From the human T2T-CHM13v2.0 reference genome, Homo sapiens: 64,000 nt of DNA. How positions within the stretch are numbered: the stretch's first letter is position 1; each line of letters opens with the position of its first letter. The notes under the pieces were generated by a model. The model searched no databases and had not been told where the DNA came from. It worked only from the letters and a program-made list of their open reading frames with translations. The stretch lies in the NCBI RefSeq assembly GCF_009914755.1, contig NC_060933.1; one strand, given 5' to 3'. Position numbers and translations under genes: made by a program. Positions 45,811-59,855 of the stretch are shown piece after piece.

Positions 45811-46181
45811 GGCTGGGCACAGTGGCTCATGCTTGTAATCCAGCACTTTGGGAGGCTGAGGCAGCAGGATTGCTTGATCCAAGGAGTCCAAGACCAGCCT
45901 GGGCAACATGATGAGACCCTGTCTCTACAAAAAGAAAAGGAGAAAAAAATTAGCTGAGCATGCCAATAGTCCCAGCTACTAGGGAGGCTGAGGTGAGAGG
46001 ATTGCTTGAGCCTAGGAGGTCAAGGCGGCAGTGAGCCATAATCCAGCCACTACACTCTAGCCTGAATGACAGAGCAAGACTCTGTCTCAGAAATGAACAA
46101 AGAAAGAAAAAGAGAGAGAGAGAGGGAGGGAAGGAGGAAGGAAGGAAGGAAGGAAGGAAGGAAGAAAAGGAAGGAAGGAAG
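45811..46181 (+). mobile_element. AluJ-like element with (GA)n/(GGAA)n tail
   Basis: Diverged Alu dimer to about 46095, then purine microsatellites. Confidence 0.9.
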
Positions 46182-47399
46182 TTTACAGAGTTTTTTGAGG
46201 TGTTAGTGTTCCCTAAATTGTATGGTCTTCAGAGGTTTACCCTCCTATAGCTTCAAGGGGTGAGTCCTGACTGGTAGGAAAATCAATCACACTCTTACTT
46301 GCCAGTGATTCATTTAGGGAAGACAGCTAACTAAGCTCTTCCACTTTGATTATTTCATTTAATTGTAACAACCATCTTATTATGACTTCTTCAAAATTAC
46401 CCTGCCAGTAAGTGTTGGAGGACTCCCCAGAAGCAGAAACCACCACGCTTCCTGTATAGCCTACGGAACCATGAGCCAACTAAAGGTGTTTCTCAGGTAT
46501 TTCTTTATATCTTTGGCCAAAATTAAAGAGTTAGGCTTTACTCTCCAAGATACTGCAATGGACAAAAACAAGCCACCACTGTTTTCTAATGTTGTTTTCT
46601 TGTTAATTCAATCAACAAGTATTTTCTGGTAAGTTTAGTGTTCCAGAGACTGGTAACCTGGTGATGCACCAGTTAATAAAACATCCTTAAGAGAAATAAA
46701 AGTTGAAAAATGAACCAGATGATAAAATGCAGTAGTGTACACAATGCCACTTATCCACAGGTCTTCTGTGTGTCACCCATGATCCAGAAAATGTCTTTAG
46801 TATAAGCCATTGATAAAGATGCCTGAAAAATTTACGTATAGAAGACATAGTCACAAAATTATTTTTTTCCTTTGATATCCCTTGTTACTTCAAACAGAAT
46901 TTACCACTCCAATTCGATTTCTGAATACATGGGAGTTAATAGAATACTCCTAATCCATTTATAGGATCTACACTAAGTAAAAAAATTAAAGACATCTGAA
47001 AACTATTTTGTGAGTCCTTATAATCCATATCAACAATCATGGTATATATTAAGTAATAGACCAAAAATTAATCATCATATTAACCAAAAACACATAGCAA
47101 GACAAGATAACTAAATATTTTCATTTGGAAATTGGGAAATTTAGTCAATTTTAAAACTCAGCAAATGAGATCATTTCACAGAAGCAACCTAGGTTTGCTG
47201 GTAAATTAAAATTATGACATTTTGTTTTGGTTTGGGAGGGTAGTTCCTCTTCTGTAAATTGTGTACTCACATAAGAAATATATCTATGTTCTCACGGACA
47301 CTTGCTGTAGAGGTAATAATATGAAGTTAGCTCAGGGATCAGGGCCTCACAGTGCAGTGCTGGTAGTTTTTTTTGTTGTTGTTTTTTTTTTTTTTTTTT

Positions 47400-47544
47400 T
47401 TGCCCTGCACCTTGAGTAAAAGTTTCCTGAGGCCTCCCCGGAAGCAGAAACCACCATGCTTCCTGTATAGCCTATGGAACTGTGAGCCAACTAAAGGTAT
47501 TTCTCATGTATTTCTTTATAGGAATGCAAGAGCGTACTAATACA
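47400..47544 (+). mobile_element. MST (MaLR) LTR 3' fragment; partial second copy at 46418-46509
   Basis: GAAGCAGAAACCACCATGCTTCCTGTATAGCC...TTTCTTTATAG...CTAATACA. Confidence 0.75.
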
Positions 47545-48946
47545 GCTAAGCAGAGGCCATCAGGACCAGCAAAAGTCTGAGCTGGATGAGAGACAAAGCT
47601 AAACTTTGAGCAGCAGCAGGAGCTGCCAGGGATTACAGAAAGGAAGGACTGACTCCTAAATTCCAGGATGTCTCCTTTAAGTCTGTAAGAAGCTCAGCCA
47701 CTGTCTCCTTACCTGACTCCTCTGGGAAAGAGTTTCCCTGGGTTAAACCATACAGGGATAGGGTAGGAGATGCCATTTGGATCTAGGAGCAGAGGGCAGA
47801 GACTCAGCAGGAAGAGTGTCTCTTTGAGAAGGATACACAGTGGAGCAGGTGTGTAGGTTCACAGGGCCAGCTATGGGTAGAGTCGGGTGTACATTTTTAG
47901 AAGCCACAATTCCCAAAAATCTCCTGACTATAAGATCAGTGCACAGAGCCAGTCAAATGGAGGAGGAGTGGGTCCAGGCAATTCAGGAAGAAGGAAAGTA
48001 ACAAATAAGTGGTTGCAGGAGGACACTTTTTCTGTCGAGGTCACTAAACAAAACATTGTCTCCTCCCCTTAACTTCGGAAACAATGGAGGGTAAAAGTGT
48101 TGCCTGGGCCCTGGGGGCAAAGGCAGTAGATAACTTCTCTGTCGTGTTCTCCAGAAGGGCCCATTCCAGCCTCACAGGCCGAGAAGTCTGTTCGGTTCCC
48201 AAGTACTAGAGATGCTGCTATAAGGGACTCCTGAATTTCCTTCCTGAACCAGAGGCTGCCCAGCCTTTTCTTCCTGTTTTATTTTTTCCCAGGAAGAAAC
48301 TTGCCTGTACAATTACAAGGTTCTACGGTTCTAAATTCCAATCTAGTCTTCCACATCATTTTGAAGGTATAATATTACTTGTCAAAGTGGGATGATAGAA
48401 GATATGTGTGGACATAAATTGTTGACAAGGAAAAAAACTAAAATCAGAAAATAAGAAAAAATATATGTATGTACAGTGGTTAGCTAGAAATGTGCCTTTT
48501 AAATATTTGGCATGTGGTATGTGGGCCTCAATGTGTACTATTGCACTAGCTTCCCAAATATTAAAGGATGTCTTTTAAAAGAAAAACCTCTTGCTAAAAG
48601 GTTAACAGTTAAAATAACCAGAGTGGCACAGGTACCAGTCATTAAGTGAAACCTTTCATCTTCCCAGAATAGTACCTGTTCCCAAGCCAGCTTCTTTGAA
48701 AATCACTTTTCTCTCCTTTACTATTTAGTTTACAGATTGTATAGTAACAATACAGAAACCACAATAGTAGCAAAAAAAATAAAGAATATTTTTAAATGAA
48801 AACTCACATCCTAACTCTACCAAAACATGAAAATTAAACCTGAATGCCTCCCATTCCTGATATATTTTCACCTAAATATTCAGCTCTGGGATTGCATTGT
48901 TTTTGGATTGAGTGGAAATTATTGCCTGGTCTTGAAATCTTCCATA

Positions 48947-48982
<36 letters not shown>

Positions 48983-49016
48983 GTGCATGTGTGTGTGTGT
49001 ATATGTATGTATGTGT
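48947..49016 (+). repeat. (TG)n microsatellite
   Basis: TG run with a degenerate tail. Confidence 0.95.
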
Positions 49017-49187
49017 GGTGAATATATTTCTTTTTGTTCGGAGCAAAGATTTTTTCAATATGTATATTTATTTTAGGCAGATTATGCTAGTAATTTTCTA
49101 CAAATGTGCTTTTTAAAAAATAACCTTTAATTTAAAAAAAATTATTCTTACTCAGTGGCCCACAATTGTTAAAAACGCTACTAATGG

Positions 49188-49774
<587 letters not shown>

Positions 49775-49799
49775 TTATTCTAAAATATTCATAAATATT

Positions 49800-50131
49800 C
49801 TCTAGTAATGATAAGATTAAAGTGACAAAGACAAACTTTTTTCCTGTGCAGTTCCATCTCTCACCTTCCTGTAATTTGTCTGTCCCATCCAGCTTCCAAA
49901 GGAAATTATTTACAAAATAATGTCTGCATCCTGGGTCTATATATCTATTGCCTATGAGGAGAGCGTTTAAGATCTGAGCCATCTTCAAGTCTTATACTTT
50001 GTGTATAGCTCTCATGTTTTTGCAGGTTATGTAAGTTTGTATACCCTTTCTTTTATTAATCTGTGTATGGTCAGTTCATTTCCGGTAATCTTCAGAGGGT
50101 GAAAGGGGAAGCTTTTCACTTCACTCCTACT
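49800..50131 (+). mobile_element. ERV1 LTR remnant (MER34/MER39-like)
   Basis: TTATTAATCTG...CTTCAGAGGGTGAAAGGGGAAGCTTTTC...CCTAC terminal motif. Confidence 0.6.
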
Positions 50132-50356
50132 GTGACAACTAACTACCTTCTTACTTATTCAATTTTTTAGTCTATATCAACATTTTTATATACATTTACT
50201 TTTAAACAAAATTTTGCATCATTACACTTAAAATTTTATTTAACTTTTAAAAAGGAAATTAAAAATAAAATTAAAAATTATAAAATTTTACATAATAAAA
50301 ATAAAATAAATGATTTATATAAAAATTAATCTGACCTGTGAAAAACACTGTCCAGA

Positions 50357-50650
50357 GGCCAGGTGCGGTGGCTAACGCTTGTAATCCCAGCACTTTGGGA
50401 GGCCGAGGTGGGTGGATCACGAGGTCAGGCGATCTAGACCACGATGAAACCCCTCTCTACCAAAAATACAAAAAATTAGCGGGGCGTAGTGGCGGGCGCC
50501 TGTAGTCCCAGCCACTCGTAGAGGCTGAGGCAGGAGAATGGCGTGAACCCGGGAGGCGGAGCTTGCAGTGAGCCGAGATCGTGCCACCGAAATCCAGCCT
50601 GGGTGACAGAGCCAGACTCTGTCAAAAAAAAAAAAAAAAGAAAAAAGAAA
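50357..50650 (+). mobile_element. AluY
   Basis: CpG-rich, with GAATGGCGTGAACCCGGGAGGCGGAGCTTGCAGTGAG. Degenerate TSD AAAACACT(G/A)TC(C/G)AGA. Confidence 0.95.
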
Positions 50651-51036
50651 AACACTATCGAGAGAATAAAAAGACAAATCACAGACTGGGAGTAAAAATT
50701 TACAAAAGCTATATCTGGTGAAGATACATTTGTTATCCAAAATATGCAAAGAACTCTCAGGACTCAATAATAGGAAAACAAATAGTCTAACACAAATGTA
50801 GAGATCTGAACAGACATTTCACCATAGAATACAGATGGACGATACATAAGCACATCATTCATCATTAGGGAAATGTAAATTAAAACCACAATGAGATACT
50901 GTTACTTGCCTATTAGAATAGCTAAAATTTAAAAGACTGACCATACTAAACATTGGTGAGAACACAAAGGAACAGGAATGCTCATATACTGCTGCTGGAA
51001 ATACAGCCACTTTGTCAGTTTCTTTAAAAGTTAAAC

Positions 51037-51341
51037 TGGCTGGGAGCGGTGGCTCACGCCTGTAATCCCAGCACTTTGGGAGGCCAAGGCGGGCGGATCA
51101 CGAGGTCAGGAAATCGAGACCATCCTAGCTAACACGGCGAAACCCCATATCTACTAAACATACAAAAAATTAGCCGGGCGTGGTGGCGAGCACCTGTAAT
51201 CCCAGCTACTCTGGAAGCTGAGGCAGGAGAATGGCGTGAACCCGGGAGGTGGAGCTTGCAGTGAGCCGCGATGCACCACTGCACTCCAGCCTGGGCGACA
51301 GAGCGAGACTCCGTCTCAAAAAAAAAAAAAAAAAAAAAAAA
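51037..51341 (+). mobile_element. AluY inside an old L1 fragment (about 50660-51540)
   Basis: AluY diagnostic text. TSD AAAAGTTAAAC. Confidence 0.94.
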
Positions 51342-51721
51342 GTTAAACATATCACACCACCTAGTCATTCAAATCCTGCTTATTTGCCCAAGACAAATGA
51401 AAGTGTATGTCCAAACGATTGGACAAACATTCGTAGCAACTTTATTTGAAATAGCAAAAACAACTGGAAGCAAACCAAATGTCCATCAAGAGGTGAATAG
51501 ATACACTAACTGTAGAATATCCACACAATAAAACTATTTTTTTAAAAACTACGGGGCAAAAAACAAAAAACCAAAGATAGAATCTAATTTCTTGGTAAAT
51601 ACATTCACTATTAGGGTTTTTATAACAGAGAAGTCATTCTTTATTAACACTCTTTTGACTATGAAAATATTTTGACATCAAAAATCTGCAAAATATGAAG
51701 AAACAGGACACACAGCTTTTT

Positions 51722-52033
51722 CTATTTTTTATTTTTATTTTATTTTTATTTTTTTGAGAAGGAGTCTCTTTCTGTCACCCAGGCTGGAGTGCAGTGGCGC
51801 GATCTTAGTTCACTGCAAGCTGTGCCTCCCGGTTCACGCCATTCTCCTGCCTCAGTCTCCCGAATAGCTGGGACTACAGGCGCCCGCTACCAAGCCCGGC
51901 TAATTTTTTGTATTTTTAGTAGAGACGGGGTTTCACCGTTAGCCAGGATGGTCTCAATCTCCTGACCTCGTGATCTGCCCGCCTCGGCCTCTCAAAGTGC
52001 TGGGATTACAGGCGTGAGCCACCACCCCCGGCC
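51722..52033 (-). mobile_element. AluY
   Basis: Antisense AluY. TSD CAGGACACACA(G/A)CTTT. Confidence 0.94.
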
Positions 52034-52890
52034 CCAGGACACACAACTTTAAAATTTCTCCTTGGTCTCACCCAGTGCCAACCACCTAAAACCTCTCATT
52101 TTCCCCCAGACATTTCTTCTGCCTCCAGGATGGAGGTAGAGAATCTTGGCCTTGGACCACGCACTGGGGACCATGCTGGGCTGCCGTGGACAGTGACGGA
52201 CTCAGGTTCTCACCAGGATCCCCAAAATAGGCCCCTGAAAAAAATGTTACCATCAGGGTGCGCTCCCTGATTCTTCTGTCTGCTGGAAGGAGGAAATCAA
52301 GCCAGGAACATTGTCAGGATAGAGATGAAAATGGGGCTCACTTTTCTGTCTTTTGTGATGTCAGACAAGCCTTTCAGCTCTGTCTCTTCAGCCCTCATGG
52401 AATTGTTTGGTGTGGACGCACCGAGATTCTGAACTGGGTCCCCTTTCCCTCTGCCCTTCTCTGGGGCCAGATTCTGAGCTCTCCATTCCAATTTTTCCCC
52501 CAATTTTCCCTTGCATTTATTTATCTGGATTACTGTCTGCCTGTCCCAAAGAATAAAAGCTTTATCACAGTGGGGATTTTGTTTAAAAAAATATTAATAA
52601 CAGCTATATTTTTAGGATCCATGACACTGTCCAGCATATCGGTGGTATCTGATAAAAAATGTTTGTTGACTGGATGAACAAATATATTATTCACAATTCA
52701 CATTATCCTGAACTGGCTAGAAAATTAAATATCTGATATCAGTATTGGCAATATTATGAAGTAAATATAAGTCTGATACAGTGCTCGTGAAAGTCTAATA
52801 TGCAATGCTCATTTTAGAAAACATTTTCTTGTAGATTTGAAAATGTTTCATCTCCATGAACTAGTTGTATATCTGCAAGTTGTGTATCTT

Positions 52891-53498
52891 TGGGTTAGGC
52901 AGAATAATTGCCCCCCACCAAAGACAGCCACATCCCAGTCTTCAGATAAGGTGAACATGCTAACGTAAGTTAGCATGTTCAGAGACTTGGCAGATGTGAT
53001 TACCATTAAGGGCATTGAAATGGGGAAATTACCTTGAATTACCTTGGTGAGCCAGTCTAATCTCATAATTCCTTGAGAGCAGAGAATATTTTCTGGATGC
53101 TGAGATTCAGACAGATGGCAGTATGAGAAAGATGTGGCCTGCTATTACTGGCTTTTAAAACAGTGGTAGGGGGCCACAAGCCAAGAAAAGCCAGTGACCT
53201 TTAGAAGCTGGGAATGACCCAAAGTTTACAACCAGGAAGAAACTGAGGATCTACAACCACAAGGAACTGAATTCTGCCAACAACCCAGATGCTCTTTTAG
53301 AGCCTTCAGAAAGAAATGCAGCCTGCCAACATCTTGATGTTAGTTCAGTGAGAGCCATGCCAGATTTCCAACCAAAACAATTCTAAGACAATAAGTCTGT
53401 GTGTGTTTTTTAAAACTGACTCAAATCTTACAAAAATGTGTTCTTTTAAGCCACTGAATTTGTGGTAAATTGTTACAGCAGGAATAGAAAACTGATAC
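52891..53498 (+). mobile_element. MLT1 (MaLR) LTR
   Basis: GGCAGAATAATTGCCCCC start, AAGGAACTGAATTCTGCCAACAACC, and TTAAGCCACTGAATTTGTGGTAAATTGTTACAGCAG...AACTGATACA end. Confidence 0.85.
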
Positions 53499-53549
53499 AA
53501 CCCTAGAGAAAGTCTTGTACATGTGCCCTATAAACACACAGCAGAATTT

Positions 53550-55640
53550 TTTTAACTTTTTATTGAGTTAATATATATATATATATAATTTACCATCTGT
53601 ACATTTTTAGAGGACAGTTTAGTGGTGATAAATACATTTATATTTTCTTCTCTTAATCTCCTCTTCCCACTCCCCTTGCTGGCCTCTAGCAACCACCAAT
53701 TTACTTTCTATCTCCATGAGATCCACTTTTTTACTGCCCACATATGAGTGACAACATGTGGTATTTGCCTTTCTGTGCTTGGCTCATTCCACTTAACATA
53801 ATGGCCTATGTTCATTACGTTAAACCAAATGGCCAGTGCCACCTATGTTGCTGTGAATGACAGAATTTCATTCTTCTTTGTTTCTGAGTAGTATTGCATT
53901 ATGTATATATATGACTTTTAAAATCTATTCATTTGTTTATGAGCACTTACGTTGATTCCATATTTTGTCTATTGTGAATAGTGCTGCAGTACACATCGGC
54001 ATGTAGATATGTCTTTGATACATTAATTTCCTTTATTTTGGATATACATCCAGTAAAGAAATTGCTGGACCACATGGTAGTTCTATTTTTACTTTTTTGA
54101 GGAACCTCCATACTATTCTCCATAGTGGCTTTATTAATGTGGATTCCCACCAACAGTGTACTAGTATTTCCCTTTCTCCACATCCTTGCCAGCATCTGTT
54201 ATTGCCTGTCTTTTTGAAACAAGTCATTTCAACCAAGGTGAGATGATATTGCATTGTGATTTTGATTTGCATTTCTTTGACGATTAGTGATACTGAATAT
54301 TTTTTGTCTTCCTATTGGCCATTTGTTTGTCTTCTTTTGAGAAAATATCTGTTCAGATCTTTAGCCCATTTTTAAATTGTATTTATTTATATATTTTTAA
54401 CTATTTTTTTTGAGAAGTAAGGTCTTGCTTTGTCACCCAAGCTAAAGGGCAGTAGCATAATCATAGCTCACTGTAACCTCAAACTCCTGGGATTAAGAAA
54501 TCCTCCTGACTGGGCGCGGTGGCTCACGCCTGTATTCCCAGCAATTTGGGAGGCAGAGGTGGGCGGATCACGAGGTCAGGAGATCGAGACCATCCTGGCT
54601 AACATGGTGAAACCCCATCTCTACTAAAAATACAAAAAATCAGCCGGGCTTGGTGCCGGGCGCCTGTAGTCCCAGCTACTCAGGAGGCTGAGGCAGGAGA
54701 ATGGCGTGAACCCTGGGGGAGCAGAGCCTGCAGTGAGCCGAGATCACGCCACTGCACTCCAACCTGGGCGACAGTGAGACTCCATCTCATAAAAAAAAAA
54801 AAAAAAAGAAATCCTCCTACCTCAGCCTCTTCAGTAGCCCATTTTTCAATCAGATTTTTTGTTTGTTTATTATTGAGTTGTTTGAGCTCCTTATATATTC
54901 TACTTGTTAATCCTTTGTCAGATAGATAGTTTGAAAATATTTTGTCCCATTCTGTGCTTGGCTCTTCACTTTGTTGATTGTTTCCTTTGCTTGAGGCTTT
55001 TTAGTTTGATATAATCCCATTGTCTATTTTTGCTTTTGTTGCCTGTGCTTCCGAGGTCTTACGCAAAAAAATCTTTGCCCAGACTAATGTCCTGGAGCAT
55101 TTCTCCTATGCTTTCTTTCTTTCTTTCTTTCTTTCTTTTTTCACGCCATTCTCCTGCCTCAGCCTCCCGAGTAGCTGGGACTACAGGCGCCCACCATCAT
55201 GCCCCGCTAATTTTTTTTTTGTTTTTTGTATTTTTAGTAGAGACGGAGATTCACCGTGTTAGCCAGGGTGGTCTCGATCTCCTGACCTTGTGATCCGCCC
55301 GCCTTGGCCACCCAAAGTGCTCAGATTACAGACAAGAGCCACCGCGCCCGACCTTTCCTATTTTTTTTTTTTTTTTACTAGCTTCATAGTTTCAGGTCTC
55401 AGATTCAAGTCTTTAATCCATTTTTATTTGATTTGATTTTTGTGTATGGTGAGATGGGATTAATTTTATCCTTCTGCATATGGTTATTCAGTTTTCCCAG
55501 GATCATTTATTGAAAAGACTGTTGTTTTCCCAGTGTATGTTCTTGATGCCTTTGTCAGAGATGAATTGTTTGTAAATGTGTAGATTTGTCTGCGATCTCT
55601 ATTCTGTTCCACTGTCCTATGTGTCTGTTTTTATGCCAGT
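53550..55640 (-). mobile_element. L1MA-like 3' region with nested Alus
   Basis: Antisense ORF2 C-terminus (MQIKITMQYHLTLV...). Holds an Alu monomer (about 54405-54840), an AluY and a partially deleted antisense Alu (about 55112-55352). Confidence 0.88.
54510..54808 (+). mobile_element. AluY nested in an Alu monomer inside L1
   Basis: TSD AAGAAATCCTCCT on both sides. Confidence 0.94.
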
Positions 55641-56107
55641 AGAAATATATTGGCAATAATTAGTACAGAAGAGCTGAAACAATGAAATGACAAAAGTGAA
55701 TTATACTGATATAATTCATTATGCTCACTAAATGCAATAGCATACAGCTAGGAAAACAAAGTAGTGCACACGGTATTAAAATACAACACAATTCAATATA
55801 CACAGTGCTCACAGTGGCCATCGTTAGAGTGTTGAAGAAGGGGATGTAGTCAGCAAAAGTTGTACAGGTGACTTCAAAAGTAATCATAAGCACTTATGAT
55901 TACTTTTGGCTTAATTTCTTAAACCAAGACTGGAGACACAGGTGTTCATTATGTGCTTATTATATATATAAAATAAATATTTTATAAATATATTGTTTCT
56001 ATTCAGTATTTAATAAAGTAAATCAGTAGAAAAGGTTAAAAAGCAATGCACACATATTTCAAATATTTTTTGCTCCAAATTATATAAACATTGCATAGTT
56101 ATTGCCC

Positions 56108-56280
56108 TGGGCCTGGCAAGGTGACTCACACCTCTCATCCTAGCACTTTAGGAGACTGAGGCAGGAGGATAGCTTCAGCCCCAGAGGTCAAGGCTGCAGT
56201 GAGCCTTAATTGCACTACTGCACTCCAGCCTAGGTGACAGAGCAAGATGCTGTCTGAAGATAAAAATAAAAATAAGTTAA
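56108..56280 (+). mobile_element. Alu monomer or internally deleted AluJ
   Basis: Diverged Alu text with A-rich tail. Confidence 0.75.
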
Positions 56281-59200
56281 TAAATATATGTTTATATATT
56301 AACTGATTTTATTAACTATATATATATATAGTTGTTGTCTTGGTCTATAGGCAATCTTACAGTGCTTAAGACTTTGATACTGAGAACAGATCTCCTAGGT
56401 ATATGCTATGTTTCTGGGGTGATATGATGCTCTCATCTGGCCTCCGTGAGCCTAATTCTATCTTACATTTACCCCACTCTTCAACAACAACTTGGGGAGG
56501 TGTCCCTAAACATTCCTAGGTGAACCCAAACCTGTGGCCCTCAACACATTTCTAGGTAAAGCAAGCTCCTGACATATCTGTGGATATCCTCTCACTGGAA
56601 GAAGGGGGAAGAGACCATCTCAAAATAATTCATTTAATATAGCTTTTCAGCATTAATTTTATTTTGATAAAGAGACACACAGTAAATAAAATTTCTAAAA
56701 AACTATAAACTTTCAAGCATTCTCACGCTAAATCTAGCCCTGCTTACATGCCAGGGAAATATAAAGGTAATCTGTTTCTCAACCTGACCAGGATGCTACA
56801 GTAATTAAAAATAAACTCAATCCCTGGATCCCTACCAAAGGGACATTTCATATGGATCAAAGTTCTGGAAAAATTATTTGTCTGGAAATAGACTAATTCT
56901 CCAAAATGTAATTGAAATAACGGCCTCTGGAAAGGGCCAAATACGACTCTTAATGAAACAACAGCTAAATATAGGTCTGATGCTCATTCCGTGTGGACAA
57001 CAATAGCAGCCATTCCCACAAATGGCTGATTTGTGGGAAGTAAACACTACTTTTGCAGAATCTTACATGATTTCAGTAGAAGGTCAAGGACATTTCAGTT
57101 GGGAACAGATTGCTCCATGGTAATACGATCACTATGTACCCAACAATGGCTCTTTCTTCCTAGCCTCAATGCAGATGTTATTTTCACCTTAACTATTATC
57201 ATTGCTGTTTCTAACCACATAAAAGTGTATCCTTTATATATCTGAAGTAAATTCATACTAGTGGTGTAACATCTCCAGCCATTTAAGTGTAAAAACAGAA
57301 AACATATGATGTGTTTACTTACTGTTTTATACTCCTAACGCATGAAGAGAAGATCCTTTTATTCATTGCCTATACTTTTATTTCTAAACTTTCTGTAACA
57401 CTTTATCTTATATCCAGCATAGAATTGAGATTTGCTTTTTGATTTAATCTGACAATATTTTTTCCTCTAATAAGAGTCAAGCCCACTTACTTTTAATGAT
57501 AAATTGTGTTTGGTTATATTTTGATTACAGTATATTATGCTATGATTTATATGCACATATCTGTCTTTTGCTGTCTTGTTTTATTGCTTTTGTTTTGATG
57601 TTGTGATATTTGGAAGAGTTAAACTTTTATTCTGATGGCTACCTTATGTAATTTCATAAAATCATCTCTTTCTTTAGACAGTAGCTAATGTCTCTAAACT
57701 AAGAACAATGGTATTAGCTGTATTCTCTTTCTTGTCCTCCCTATGTGATTTTTCATCCCACAATTTGATTTAATCATATTAACTTTGTTTCCCCTGGTGC
57801 CATTAAGTATGCTTACATTTCTATAAACAATATCCTTTGACTCCCAGGCATTACAGATGAGCAGTCAGTAAAATCATTCTGAGGAATACTTTCTCTTTCC
57901 TTTTCTTCCATTTTTCTTAGTTGTATCATTTCTATATTGCCAGAGCACCTACAGTTGCATTTCTTTCTGTCAGCTTTATCCAGCATTTGTTCTTGTCTTT
58001 TATTTGAAGTTAAATATATTCCTTGCTCACTACAACACTGGGGGAAGGAAGGTTTCTGTTGTCGTCGTGCTTGTACAATTGTTTATTTAAAAACATTGGT
58101 GAAAACAAAAACTGTATGTAGATGGAATGGAGATAAGACAGAAAATGAGAGAGACTGATGATGAGTGTGCCTATTCTAGACTGGGAGGCATGCTACACTG
58201 AGTAGTGTCTCCAAGGCTGCAGGAAAGGATGGTTGATTGTGAGCAGGTGGACTTTCCACTGGAGGAGAGAAGTCCTGCGCTCAACAACCTGTGCAGAACC
58301 AGAAACTGGTAATGCTTCAAATCAACTTACAGACCTGGAGGTAGAAATTTAAGAAAACTCGTTTAGCACATAGTTTCCTAGAAAATATTAGCTACTATTT
58401 GCTGAGCATCTGTCAGGTCTGTCTGTAGTATGGAAGATCTGAGTACAGGGGAAACTGGATTAGTAACAGTGGGTCAGAAAATTATATAATATTCAACCAA
58501 AATTCCTGCTTTACATACACAGCACCTGGTATTTCCAGAACTAGAAGGTAAAGAAATTATTTGTGCTTGAACTTGCAGAAAACTGCCTTTTCCCTTCTTC
58601 TCTTGCATCTTAACCTGGAGCTTCCCTTTTCTTGAGCCTCAGTGTGCTTCCCAACTCAATTTATAATTGACTTCCTGCAGTTTCTCCTTAGGACAGGGCT
58701 TTGTTTTGGGGGTGGTTAATTTGTAGGGTTCATAGGAAACAGACCACTCACAGCACTGCTTTTTGCCACCCTCACTCTCAGCTATGAGTTGAGGCCCAGG
58801 AAGCCTTCTGCCAGCCTCAGCTGCTGTTCTCAGATTAATCTGCTGAGTTCTTTTTGCCTAGTAAGAATCTCTGAATTTAGGAACACAGATGTTAGCACTT
58901 GTATTTCTAGGTTTTCCAGTTCCCAGGGCCATTAAACATTTTTTTCCTTTCCTTTCCTTCTTCCAAAAAAATTGGTGATTCCCCTGGGTCCCTGTGGTTT
59001 AACCTCACAAAACGTCCATGATGACACCCTGTTACATTGTTTTGTCGTAGTTAATACCTTGTTATCCCAGTTGCTCAGTCAGTTTTTGTGAGAGATTCAG
59101 GGATCTTAATAAAACTGTGCTGCTACTGCTACTAACATCTTGCATAAAAGCCCGATTAATTAAAATGTTTATTTTGCATGTGATTTGAACTTGTAATTTT

Positions 59201-59820
59201 TATTCAAAGTTTTTCAACAGAGATCCAGAAAAGACCCTCCTTATATTTTTAGTTTTGTGCATTGCAACACTTTTTAGTGAAAAAAAAAATGAGAACAACA
59301 CAAGTGATTTTAAAAGAATAAACCTACAATCCATTAATTATAAAATGAAATACTATGCAGGTGTTAAGAATGAGGGAATCAATAAGAACTTGTGTGGGGT
59401 AACTATAAACTTTTAAAAAATAAATTTAATGCTCATGTGACCATATTATCGTTAAAAAAATACAAGCATACTTGCACACACCTTCAAGCAAAATGGGTAC
59501 ACGCATTTAAAAATATTTAAATTAAGTAAATGGCCCAATAATTTAACTTCGTACAATTCTATGTTCTCTGATTATTTTATATGCCAGAAACAGGCATTAC
59601 TGTTTTGTTTATTTCATTTGAAATAATTGTAGTCACATGAGGTTTAAGTTATAATACAGAGAGGTCACATATGCCTATTTTCTAATTGGTATCTTATTAC
59701 CATTGAGTTTTGAGAATTTTTTACATATGCTAGATGTAAGTTCTTTGTCAGATATATGGTATGCAAATTATTTCTCCCAGTCTGTAATTCATTTTTTCAA
59801 CCTCTTTACAGGGTCTTTCT

Positions 59821-59855
<35 letters not shown>

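Noticed and set aside
57059-57119. Exon-like segment on plus (ttttgcag...CATG/gtaat); a similar one lies at about 37832-37932
   Set aside because: Splice signals look good, but there is no recognisable peptide or partner exon. These could be lncRNA exons but cannot be supported from sequence alone.
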